Origin: a virus
Direction: 5' to 3' (one strand)
Length of the DNA stretch: 32,737 nt
Virus record (IMG/VR): IMGVR_UViG_3300045988_160024
Shown here: positions 1 through 7,057 of the stretch, one piece after another
Layout of the letters: every line of letters starts with the position of its first letter
Position numbering within the stretch: the first letter of the stretch is position 1
The notes under the pieces: model-generated
The model's database searches: none
Told to the model about the DNA's origin: nothing
Seen by the model: the letters and a program-made list of their open reading frames with translations, nothing else
Program-made: the position numbers and the translations under genes

Positions 1-95
1 ACAGAAGGTCACGATGGCAAACCAATTGCGTGTTACCTTGATTTCAACTGAGTTGGCATATATTGTGTTCGCAGTAAGTGGCTTCTGCTCCACCA
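1..95. repeat. Terminal direct repeat, copy 1 (identical to 32643-32737)
   Basis: acagaaggtcacgatggcaaaccaattgcg...gcttctgctccacca occurs at both window ends. The repeat is bounded by the window edges. Confidence 0.97.
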
Positions 96-1542
96 CATGA
101 AAGTTAGACGAACCCTTGTTCATCAGGGGTTCGTCTTTTTTTGTCGGCATAAAATCATCGTCCCAATTGTCGAAGCTAAAGAACAGCTGTACTTCATCGC
201 CGTCGATTTGTATGAATCGTATGAACGTGTCGATGATTTCGAATGGATCAGATTCTGCGCCTAGCGTGTCGAGCCATGCAAGATAGTCATCAAGGCTCAA
301 GTCTTCGGCGCTTTCCGCTTCAAGCGCTTTCTCCAATTCCTCTTTCAGAGCCGCTTGACGGGCTTTCAATTCCTCAACCCTATCCTTGCCGCCTGGGGGC
401 GCTATGCCGTCCTCTATGGCGTGCCATATGCGCTCAAACGCCGCGTCAATGCGCTTAATCTCTGCTGTGATGCGCTCGCTTTCCTTTGGCGCGTCATCCT
501 CGGCAGTTTCAGCGATCATCATCTCAAGCGTTGCGATGATACGCTCGCGCACCTTTGGGTCATGTATCGATTCGAGTATGGTGTCGGAAACTGCATCCCC
601 TATGAGGTCGCGACGGAACGTCCTGCGACACTTCGGACAACGGTAGTAGTAATAAGTTTTGCCACTCTTTCCAGTTCCAGAGGTTCCGACGAACCACCTG
701 CCGCACTCTCGGCAATACATCTTGCCGCTGAGCGCATAGGGCTGCTCTCCGTCAACAACGCGGTGCTTGTGGCCGCGTCCGTTGAGGATGCTTGCAATCT
801 CGTCTTGTTCCTGGCGTGACCACAGTGCGGGCATGCCGTTCGTCGTGCGCACGCCAGCGTATTTGTATACGCCGCAATTTTGCTCGCGCGAGAGCAGTCT
901 TTTAATCGTGCTTTGCGAGAATGCCTTGCCGCGCCTTGTCCGCTCGGTTTTTATTGCCCTCTGGATGTCGGCAATGGTTGAGCCTGAGAACAGCATGTTT
1001 TTCATCTTGTGCATAACGGCGGCTTCGCGCTCGTTTACGACGAAGCGGTCGTTTACGACGTCCCAACCGTACAGACGCTGACCGCTCGCCATGCCGCGTT
1101 GCGCGTTCTTCTGTATGCCGTCGCGTATGCGCTCACTATCGACGGCGCTTTCATACTCGGCAAGCACTTCAAGCATGCCGAGGTGCAGAACTTTAGTTGA
1201 GCCCTCGCCGAGCGTTTCACCGGCATAGAGGATTTCAACGCCTGCCTTACGAAGCATGATGCGAGCAAGAGCCATTTCGTCTCTGTTGCGCATGATGCGC
1301 GTGACCTTGTATATCACCACGTAATCGAAAAGTCCCTTTTGGGCATCTTTTAACATTGCCTGAAATTCAGCGCGGTTCGTGTTCTTGCCAGTTTTGGCGT
1401 AATCGCTGTAGACGCGTACAACGGCAAGGCCGCTTTCGTCACAGAACTCGCGTGACTTATCGACCTGAATTTCAATGCTTTCGTCTCGCTGGTTGTGCGA
1501 GCTGAAACGTGCGTAAATGGCCGCACGGTTACCCTTTGCCAT
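1..1542 (-). CDS. Large serine recombinase (phage integrase type), N-terminal 514 codons; ORF runs off the left edge and finishes at 32622 in the circular molecule
   Basis: ATG at 1542 preceded by AAGGTGA. Translation MAKGNRAAIYARFSSHNQRDESIEIQVDKSREF... shows a resolvase-type catalytic domain with the YARFSS nucleophile context. It also has a recombinase domain, a zinc ribbon (CRECG...YYYYRCPKC) and a C-terminal coiled coil. I translated all 514 codons by hand and found no stop. It is absent from the ORF track because it has no stop inside the window on this side. Confidence 0.9.
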   Translation of the reverse strand, partial: MAKGNRAAIYARFSSHNQRDESIEIQVDKSREFCDESGLAVVRVYSDYAKTGKNTNRAEFQAMLKDAQKGLFDYVVIYKVTRIMRNRDEMALARIMLRKAGVEILYAGETLGEGSTKVLHLGMLEVLAEYESAVDSERIRDGIQKNAQRGMASGQRLYGWDVVNDRFVVNEREAAVMHKMKNMLFSGSTIADIQRAIKTERTRRGKAFSQSTIKRLLSREQNCGVYKYAGVRTTNGMPALWSRQEQDEIASILNGRGHKHRVVDGEQPYALSGKMYCRECGRWFVGTSGTGKSGKTYYYYRCPKCRRTFRRDLIGDAVSDTILESIHDPKVRERIIATLEMMIAETAEDDAPKESERITAEIKRIDAAFERIWHAIEDGIAPPGGKDRVEELKARQAALKEELEKALEAESAEDLSLDDYLAWLDTLGAESDPFEIIDTFIRFIQIDGDEVQLFFSFDNWDDDFMPTKKDEPLMNKGSSNFHVVEQKPLTANTIYANSVEIKVTRNWFAIVTFC

Positions 1543-1584
1543 GGTATTATCACCTTGCCTTTTCAGTTGTCTACGGAATGGCGC

Positions 1585-1619
1585 GCCCTGTATCTGGTCT
1601 TGGCGGATGGATACAGGGC
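1585..1619. promoter_or_regulatory. Perfect 10-bp inverted repeat GCCCTGTATC-N15-GATACAGGGC between the 97-aa gene and the serine recombinase start
   Basis: Read directly. No clean T-run follows on the minus strand. It could be a weak terminator or a recombinase site (attP candidate). Confidence 0.4.
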
Positions 1620-1625
1620 ATTTTG

Positions 1626-1919
1626 CTATCTGTACGTTATGAGCGTGTCGTAACGGTCTGCGCCGCTGATACCTTGGTCAGGAACAGAGTTGGTTTCTAC
1701 CCTGATAATCTCAAGGCCCTTATCTTGAAGCGCGTTGAGGACTTCGTTTATCTGCTCGTTGTATTTCTGGTCAGCGCCGAATACCCGTCCGCTAAAGGAT
1801 TGACCGAACGACCGAATGAGCATGACGTGAATGCGCCCGTCGGGCGTTGGAATCGAGGAGATCGCCTTTTCGATTTCCTGCCGTGCCATTTCTTCACGCT
1901 GGTTCTTGAAGATTCCCAT
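1626..1919 (-). CDS. Hypothetical protein, 97 aa, between repressor and recombinase
   Basis: Internal ATG of track ORF 1626..2072, preceded by GAGAAAGGG. It starts 2 nt after the repressor stop. MGIFKNQREEMARQEIEKAISS... shows no motif I recognise. Confidence 0.6.
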   Translation of the reverse strand: MGIFKNQREEMARQEIEKAISSIPTPDGRIHVMLIRSFGQSFSGRVFGADQKYNEQINEVLNALQDKGLEIIRVETNSVPDQGISGADRYDTLITYR

Positions 1920-1921
1920 TT

Positions 1922-2257
1922 CTAGCCCTTTCTCGATTCGCTTGCCGCAGCCTTTGCGGTCATCGCTATGTTCTGCTGCCACTGCGGCGAGCTTTCGCGG
2001 TAGTTGTCCACAATCTCGCGTTCGTCGCTGGTCAAGTCGTCTTCGCTCGTCCCCGTGCTTGGAAAGCCACATAAATCATTCGGCGTACATTTCAATGCTG
2101 CGCATAGCATGAAAGCGTCTTCGAGCGGAATACCAACCTCGCCACGTTCCCATGAAGCATATTTGCGTTCTTTTATGCCGAGGAAATCGGCAAACGCCTT
2201 TTGTGTCGCAAAACCAGCGGCCTTGCGCAGCTCTTTCAATTTCAATTGATATTCCAT
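1922..2257 (-). CDS. XRE-family helix-turn-helix repressor (cI-like), 111 aa
   Basis: Start MEYQLKLKELRKAAGFATQKAFADFLGIKERKYASWERGE preceded by GAAAGGAGGG. Typical HTH_3 pattern. Divergent from a second HTH gene. Confidence 0.8.
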   Translation of the reverse strand: MEYQLKLKELRKAAGFATQKAFADFLGIKERKYASWERGEVGIPLEDAFMLCAALKCTPNDLCGFPSTGTSEDDLTSDEREIVDNYRESSPQWQQNIAMTAKAAASESRKG

Positions 2258-2285
2258 GCGCCCTCCTTTCGTCGCTGCAACGCCG

Positions 2286-2314
2286 ATTCTACGTGATTCA
2301 CGTACGTTAATCAA
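2286..2314 (-). promoter_or_regulatory. Candidate repressor promoter TTGATT-17 nt-TAGAAT (minus strand)
   Basis: The reverse complement of 2309-2314 is TTGATT and of 2286-2291 is TAGAAT. The 17-nt spacer is occupied by the operator palindrome at 2290-2304. Confidence 0.45.
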
Positions 2315-2390
2315 GAAAATACGTAATTCACGCTTGCAAAGAACGTTAAACACGTTTATTGTCTGTAGCCATCAACGTGATTCACGTTGA
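2290..2390. promoter_or_regulatory. Operator cluster: four copies of the dyad ACGTGA-T-TCACGT
   Basis: Perfect copies at 2291-2303 (15-bp palindrome 2290-2304) and 2375-2387 (19-bp palindrome 2372-2390). Degenerate copies at 2321-2333 (ACGTAATTCACGC) and 2343-2355 (ACGTTAAACACGT). All lie in the cI/cro intergenic region. Confidence 0.7.
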
Positions 2391-2422
2391 TTTAGGTTCT
2401 TTTACTACACGTAAAAGAATAC

Positions 2423-2452
2423 GGTTTGTATTGACTAAAGCCAATACAAACC
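2423..2452. promoter_or_regulatory. Perfect 11-bp inverted repeat GGTTTGTATTG-N8-CAATACAAACC upstream of the cro-like RBS
   Basis: Read directly. It contains TTGACT (2431-2436), followed 16 nt later by TAATGA, a possible early promoter. Confidence 0.35.
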
Positions 2453-2483
2453 TAATGAGCACTCATTGAAAGGAGGTGAACAT

Positions 2484-2705
2484 ATGCCCGAGTTGAAACA
2501 TGCGTTTGCGGACAATCTGCGAGTTCGTCGCGTCAAGAAGCATTGGTCGCAACAGCAGCTTGCGGAAGCATCCGGTGTCGGCGTTGATGCAATCGGCAAG
2601 TACGAGCGTTGCGATTGCTCGCCGACGCTGGAAAGCATCGTAAAGCTTTCAACCGCTTTGGACTGCACGCCAAACGATCTGTGCACTTTCCCCGAATTCA
2701 AGTAA
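2484..2705 (+). CDS. XRE-family HTH protein (Cro-like), 73 aa
   Basis: ATG preceded by GAAAGGAGGTG. MPELKHAFADNLRVRRVKKHWSQQQLAEASGVGVDAIGKYERCD is an HTH_3 pattern. Its C-terminal CTPNDLC motif is shared with the divergent repressor. Confidence 0.8.
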   Translation: MPELKHAFADNLRVRRVKKHWSQQQLAEASGVGVDAIGKYERCDCSPTLESIVKLSTALDCTPNDLCTFPEFK

Positions 2706-2717
2706 GGAGGTCGCGTA

Positions 2718-2849
2718 ATGGAATGGGTTGACGAGCTGCTCCAGGTAGTCGGCCTGTGGGGCTTCTTCGCTTCGGCTGTTGCCGTCGGCGTTGGTCTCGG
2801 CGTCGAATACGCGCTCAAGCACACCACTTTCACCGTTCACAAGCATTAA
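2718..2849 (+). CDS. Small membrane protein, 43 aa (below track cutoff)
   Basis: ATG preceded by TAAGGAGG. MEWVDELLQVVGLWGFFASAVAVGVGLGVEYALKHTTFTVHKH has one hydrophobic helix. Confidence 0.55.
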   Translation: MEWVDELLQVVGLWGFFASAVAVGVGLGVEYALKHTTFTVHKH

Positions 2850-2866
2850 GAAAGGAGGGGTTTCAA

Positions 2867-3268
2867 ATGTATGAAACCAAGCAAGAAACCGCTGGTTTGC
2901 GTAGTGGTTTTAGACAAGCGAAACCGCCGCAGCGCGTCGAGTGCGTATCAGCGTCGGTTCTTTACGAGGGTCAGAGAAGCTGCGCAAGCCTGCAAAGAGA
3001 AGGTGCCCGCGCACGTCGGCAAACGCGCACGGGCTATCGTCAAAACTTCCAGAGCAATGACGATGAGATTCTAGCAGGAAAACCGTTGGTTATCCGTTGG
3101 TTTGTCTACATTTTCGCGGCGTTGTGCCTGTGTGGAATCGTCCCCATGGCGGCGGCTGAATGGCTCATCTGGTTTTGCGATTCCTTTGGCTGCTGGTGGC
3201 TTCCGCTTGTCCTGCTCGTCGCTGAGGTCTGGTTCATCTTGCATCTGATCGGGCGTGACGTGCGATGA
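2867..3268 (+). CDS. Hypothetical membrane protein, 133 aa
   Basis: ATG preceded by GAAAGGAGGGG. The C-terminal half (WFVYIFAALCLCGIV...LPLVLLVAEVWFILHLI) has two hydrophobic helices. Confidence 0.6.
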   Translation: MYETKQETAGLRSGFRQAKPPQRVECVSASVLYEGQRSCASLQREGARARRQTRTGYRQNFQSNDDEILAGKPLVIRWFVYIFAALCLCGIVPMAAAEWLIWFCDSFGCWWLPLVLLVAEVWFILHLIGRDVR

Positions 3269-3660
3269 ACACCGACGATTTCACCCAGCCGCTCGAAAAC
3301 GTGATGCGGCAAGAGCGAATGGCGGTCTACCCGCTTCCGCTCAAGATTCAAGACCGCGCAGAGCTGTTCGCCAAATGGTGCGAGCTGAACCCCAAGACGC
3401 TTCGAAGCATCGAACTCACGGCCTTGGCTATCCATCAGCGCGGCATGCGCGTATCGACCAAGTACCTCATCGAAAAACAGCGCTACGAGGGTTCGCATCA
3501 GATTACGGGCGTTCCGTTCATGGATGGAAACGGACAAGAACACGCCTATGCCATCAACAACACGGATACGCCGCTTCTGAGCCGTTGGCTCTTGGAGAGA
3601 CACCCCGATCTGAACATCGAGACACGCAAGTCTATCTACGACACGAAGAAAGAGGGCTGA
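3265..3660 (+). CDS. Hypothetical protein, 131 aa
   Basis: ATGA overlap with the preceding stop. Coding-like composition. No motif recognised. Confidence 0.6.
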   Translation: MNTDDFTQPLENVMRQERMAVYPLPLKIQDRAELFAKWCELNPKTLRSIELTALAIHQRGMRVSTKYLIEKQRYEGSHQITGVPFMDGNGQEHAYAINNTDTPLLSRWLLERHPDLNIETRKSIYDTKKEG

Positions 3661-3661
3661 C

Positions 3662-3916
3662 ATGCTGCGCAAGAACATCGTCAAGCAGCTTCGCGAAGTT
3701 TCCGACGTTGCTCACTGCATCGAGGATTGCCACATTGGCAACAGCGTCACCGGCGAACGCATCGACTTCGATGCCGCGTTTGTGAGCGAAATCATCTGCT
3801 CAACGCTCGCGTACGCGTCTGTGCTGGTCGATGGTCGCTTGAAGGCGGGAAACCCCGAAGACCATCTGATGGCAATTATCCGAACCGCGAGCCAGAAGTA
3901 TGTCGAGCAGTTGTGA
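3662..3916 (+). CDS. Hypothetical protein, 84 aa
   Basis: Tightly packed in the early operon. No motif recognised. Confidence 0.5.
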   Translation: MLRKNIVKQLREVSDVAHCIEDCHIGNSVTGERIDFDAAFVSEIICSTLAYASVLVDGRLKAGNPEDHLMAIIRTASQKYVEQL

Positions 3917-4142
3917 CCAGCTGAGCTTGTTCGAAGAGCCGCCAATGCCAGAGCCTGGCACATGCGAGTACGAGAACGGCGTTTTCGACGCCACGGGCAA
4001 CAAGCCGAAAAGCAGGTGCATGTTTCGCGGCATCTTGATCTGGACGAACTGCCGAGAGTGCGGCCACTGCGTATGGGAGGGCTGGCATCTTCGCGGCATG
4101 AGCAAGGGGCTTGTGATGGATGAAGGAGGTGAAGACGAATGA
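3900..4142 (+). CDS. Hypothetical Cys-rich protein, 80 aa
   Basis: Contains CRECGHC. Overlaps its neighbours by a few nt, consistent with translational coupling. Confidence 0.5.
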   Translation: MSSSCDQLSLFEEPPMPEPGTCEYENGVFDATGNKPKSRCMFRGILIWTNCRECGHCVWEGWHLRGMSKGLVMDEGGEDE

Positions 4143-4570
4143 TGGTTGCCAAGGAGGTTCACGACAAGGCGCAAGACCCTATGGCGTGGTTCCAGCACGA
4201 CTCAAACGCCGCGCAAGACCAGAAGTGCCAACGATTGCTGTTCCGCTATGGAAACGCTGGGTATGGCGCATTCTGGCGGCTGTGCGAGATTCTGGCGAAC
4301 ACCACGACGCACTCTTTGCCCGTGGAGACGGACGAGGACTGGCTGATACTCGCCGAACAGATTGGCATGCGCAAAGCTGGCGCGTTCGACGAGATTTCAA
4401 GCGTCGACGATTGCAAGGACTTCATCGGCTGTCTTCTTGAGATCGGCTTGCTGACGCGCGACGGAAAAGGGCGCATCGAAAACGCGAGGATGCAGAAAAA
4501 CGCTCTGTATTTCGGCATGCAAAGGGCGAACGGAGCCAAAGGCGGGAGACCTCGCAAGAACAAGTCATAG
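4139..4570 (+). CDS. DUF4373-like replisome organiser / replication initiation N-terminal domain protein, 143 aa
   Basis: RBS GAAGGAGGTG. WFQHDSNAAQDQKCQRLLFRYGNAGYGAFWRLCEIL resembles the Lin1244/Lin1753-type N-terminal domain of phage replication proteins. An iteron-rich non-coding block follows. Confidence 0.6.
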   Translation: MMVAKEVHDKAQDPMAWFQHDSNAAQDQKCQRLLFRYGNAGYGAFWRLCEILANTTTHSLPVETDEDWLILAEQIGMRKAGAFDEISSVDDCKDFIGCLLEIGLLTRDGKGRIENARMQKNALYFGMQRANGAKGGRPRKNKS

Positions 4571-4682
4571 CCGATGAAATAGCAGGTCAAAGGCGGTAAA
4601 ACGGATGTTCATGGAAGAAACCAGCGGTAAACCATCGGTTTGCGATTGGCTAAACCCTAACAATACAATACATAACAATACA

Positions 4683-4729
4683 GGGCGGGTTTTGGGTTGG
4701 GTCTCAACCCAACCCAAACCCAAAACCCG
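4683..4729. repeat. Imperfect inverted repeat built of GGGT(2-4) units; G-quadruplex-type motifs on both strands
   Basis: Plus strand: GGGCGGGTTTTGGGTTGGG (4683-4701). Minus strand: GGGTTTTGGGTTTGGGTTGGG (complement of 4708-4728). The arms pair, with a 6-nt bulge and a 6-nt loop. Confidence 0.8.
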
Positions 4730-4797
4730 CAAACGTGCTTGTGGCGTTATGTGACAAGTAAGTCTTACTTTCTTTGCTTCTTTCTTTGCGGACGTTC

Positions 4798-4890
4798 GTT
4801 TTCGCGTCGGGTTTTCGAGCTTTTCAGTCGCTCGAATCATAGTTTTCAATACGTTTTCCACAAGTTTTCAACAATCGAAGAGTTTTCAAC
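4798..4890. repeat. Iteron-like array of GTTTTC(A/G/C) motifs (candidate replication origin)
   Basis: GTTTTC starts at 4798, 4811, 4842, 4853, 4864 and 4882, with CTTTTC at 4821. Three copies share the longer form AGTTTTCAA (4841, 4863, 4881). Spacing is mostly 10-13 nt. Confidence 0.5.
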
Positions 4891-4907
4891 AAAGGACGGT
4901 GATTCAC

Positions 4908-5075
4908 ATGTCTTGGCGAAGCTATGCCAACAAGGTCAAAACGCGGCGGTGCCCGTTCTGCGGCACGGAACGTCCACTTGATTAGTTCATCGAAATCGAC
5001 AAGCCGACGGGAGACAAGCGCTGCTGGAAGTGCCGCGAGCTGAAGAAAGGAGAAGGCAATGACCGCATCGGATAG
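4908..5075 (+). pseudogene. Zinc-ribbon ORF (CPFC...CWKC) interrupted by an in-frame TAG at 4983-4985
   Basis: MSWRSYANKVKTRRCPFCGTERPLD-TAG-FIEIDKPTGDKRCWKCRELKKGEGNDRIG. The frame was checked codon by codon. The second half has no start codon of its own. Confidence 0.4.
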
Positions 5076-5577
5076 CCGCAAGGTGCAGAAAATCGTGTTT
5101 GATGTTGTCCAAGACCCTATACCGTGTGATTGCAAGTTGCCAATGGAGCTGTCGCGGGACATTCTGCGCAACATGTTCGCCGAGCGGTTCGGGTACTCAG
5201 ACCTTACTCCAAACGATATTGACGCGCTGGAAGGCTTCATTGCCATCGAGCTTGCGCGATACAACAGAGAGTGCTCGTACGCAAGAAACACCAACATGCA
5301 CACCTCGCATCGCGGCAAGATCTGTTCAAAGATCAGGATGAATCATCGCACTGGCGGCATTGAATCGGCCTTCTTGTCTTGCGATGGCTCGTACTTCACT
5401 GGTCGCGAAGCGATTTCGTTCAACTCAGATGGGTTCATTGGCTTTTGCGGATGGGCCGACGATAAGAACTCGACGCCTTTTTTCGTCGCGTTCTACCGCT
5501 GGGTCAATGAATGGCTCGACAACAGCTTCGGCGGCCATTATCGAGAGCTTTTGGAGGTGGCCGAAGATGGCGAGTGA
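5059..5577 (+). CDS. Hypothetical protein, 172 aa
   Basis: RBS AAAGGAGAAGG. The C-terminal segment REAISFNSDGFIGFCGWADDKNSTPFFVAFYRWV looks like a conserved domain that I cannot name with certainty. Confidence 0.6.
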   Translation: MTASDSRKVQKIVFDVVQDPIPCDCKLPMELSRDILRNMFAERFGYSDLTPNDIDALEGFIAIELARYNRECSYARNTNMHTSHRGKICSKIRMNHRTGGIESAFLSCDGSYFTGREAISFNSDGFIGFCGWADDKNSTPFFVAFYRWVNEWLDNSFGGHYRELLEVAEDGE

Positions 5578-5923
5578 GGAAAGCCGTGTTTTGCGGCTGC
5601 TTGAACCGCAGGGCGAGCCCGACATCATCGAATGCGACGGCAGGCTGTATGTGCCTGACGAAGAGTGCGAGTTCGTTCCAGAAGAGTTCGACACCGTGTG
5701 GGATGAGGAAGACCAGTGCTTGCGGATTGCCAAGCCTTCGGATGATTGTGACTGCTTCACGTGTTCGAAATGCGGCCAAGAGCTGACGTTCGATTGGAGC
5801 GGCGAATACAGCTGGTTCGAGCCTGAATACCCGTACAAACCTATCAGCTTGAAATACTGCCCTGGATGCCGTGCAAGGGTTCTGTTCCCGCATCCGTGGT
5901 TGGGCTCAAAGGAGGAAGAATGA
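5567..5923 (+). CDS. Zinc-ribbon protein, 118 aa
   Basis: Internal ATG of track ORF 5360..5923, preceded by GGAGGTGG. Acidic N-terminus. CFTCSKCG...CPGC. Confidence 0.6.
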   Translation: MASEESRVLRLLEPQGEPDIIECDGRLYVPDEECEFVPEEFDTVWDEEDQCLRIAKPSDDCDCFTCSKCGQELTFDWSGEYSWFEPEYPYKPISLKYCPGCRARVLFPHPWLGSKEEE

Positions 5924-6324
5924 TTTGCATCGTTGGAACGCGCGGATCGGGGAAAACGACACGGCTGCTTGAGTTTTCCGCTCAAAGCGGCGTTCCGATT
6001 GCCGTTCGGAACGTAATACAGGCCACGTGGCTTCGGCGTTATATGAGCCAATGCGGAATTGATGCACCCGACCCAATTGTCGTTGGTCGTGGAATCTATG
6101 GAGGGGGAGGGTTTACCTCAATTGAGGTCAAGCGAGATTCCGACGGAATGGTTCCAGTCCTTATTGACGACGTTCGTGCTTTTTTTGGCGATATGGGCAT
6201 CAGGGCCGAAGCGGTAACCATAGATGCCGATGCCGTCAACTTCGAGTTCGCAATCAAGGCGAATCCGACACTGGTTAACTGCCTGCGCGTCTGGCGCAAC
6301 TGCAAGAAAGGCGGCAAGGAATGA
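5920..6324 (+). CDS. Small P-loop NTPase, 134 aa
   Basis: RBS AAGGAGG with ATGA coupling. Walker A is IVGTRGSGKTT. Walker B-like is VLIDDV. Confidence 0.65.
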   Translation: MICIVGTRGSGKTTRLLEFSAQSGVPIAVRNVIQATWLRRYMSQCGIDAPDPIVVGRGIYGGGGFTSIEVKRDSDGMVPVLIDDVRAFFGDMGIRAEAVTIDADAVNFEFAIKANPTLVNCLRVWRNCKKGGKE

Positions 6325-6704
6325 CTTCATACGTCAAACGCGTCGGTGATCTGACCGACCCCGAGAACTTTGAGAAGGCCGTTGCTGAAGCAAACAAGAA
6401 CGGCGAGCTCGACAACTTCGACGTTTCAAAGCTTACGTCATGCGACATCAACGGCTCAACGATTAACCCTTGCGGCTACGACCCCGTGACCAAGCCCTCG
6501 CATTACGCGGGACACACCGGCATCGATTGCAAGGCGGCGATGGAGTCGATGCTTGGAACAGAAGCGTACGTGTCCCATATGCAGGCATGCGCGTTCAAGT
6601 ACATCTGGCGATGGCGCGACAAGAACGGCATCGAAGACCTCAAGAAGGCACGAGAGTGCATCGACAACATGATCCGCGCGATTGAAGGTGATGGGGATGA
6701 GTAG
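6321..6704 (+). CDS. DUF3310-family phage protein, 127 aa
   Basis: PSHYAGHTGIDCKAAMESML...ACAFKYIWRWRDKNGIEDLKKARECID matches the P-x-HY ... KY-x-R ... K-x-G-x-EDL-x-KA pattern of DUF3310. Confidence 0.65.
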   Translation: MTSYVKRVGDLTDPENFEKAVAEANKNGELDNFDVSKLTSCDINGSTINPCGYDPVTKPSHYAGHTGIDCKAAMESMLGTEAYVSHMQACAFKYIWRWRDKNGIEDLKKARECIDNMIRAIEGDGDE

Positions 6705-6867
6705 CGTCAAGCTTGGCTTCGAGATTAAGGGCAAAGCAATACACGCAAAGACCGAGGACATTGAGAACGCGGTAAAAGATCTAACGGTGTCCCTGTTGTT
6801 CCTCGCGCATTTGTTCGGCGTCTCTGGCGTGTCGGTGACGATAACGCGCGGTGATTCCGATGAGTAG
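6697..6867 (+). CDS. Hypothetical protein, 56 aa
   Basis: Start chosen 6 nt after GAAGGTG. The alternatives at 6682 or 6691 are possible. Confidence 0.4.
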   Translation: MSSVKLGFEIKGKAIHAKTEDIENAVKDLTVSLLFLAHLFGVSGVSVTITRGDSDE

Positions 6868-7057
6868 GCTTGGCAAGCGCCATGTGCTCGAAAACCTCTG
6901 TATGGTCTCGCAGGACATGAGCAGGCGCATCCTGACGTGCGAGAAGCGCGAGCGCGAGAGCGTGAAAGTCAGCTACGAAGACCTCGCTATGTGGTCTGAC
7001 ATCGTTGGCGATGCTATCGAGGTAATCAATGACAAGGGCGGAAGCCATGAGCGTTGA
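6860..7057 (+). CDS. Hypothetical protein, 65 aa
   Basis: ATG overlaps the preceding stop. No motif recognised. Confidence 0.4.
   Translation: MSRLGKRHVLENLCMVSQDMSRRILTCEKRERESVKVSYEDLAMWSDIVGDAIEVINDKGGSHER

Noticed and set aside
243-1268. Plus- and minus-strand track ORFs inside 243-1268, for example 355-819 and 767-1081.
   Set aside because: All overlap the hand-verified 514-codon serine recombinase frame on the minus strand. Their sequences are low-complexity and carry no motifs.
4618-4628. The 11-mer AAACCAGCGGT shared between the origin-like region and the integrase-downstream region (8299-8309).
   Set aside because: A single shared 11-mer is expected by chance many times in a 32.7-kb sequence.
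4565-4981. Track ORFs 4565-4861 (minus) and 4697-4981 (plus) in the gap after the DUF4373 gene.
   Set aside because: They have no RBS, their composition is dominated by the repeats, and they run through the G-run hairpin and the iterons. The region is better explained as non-coding origin-like DNA.
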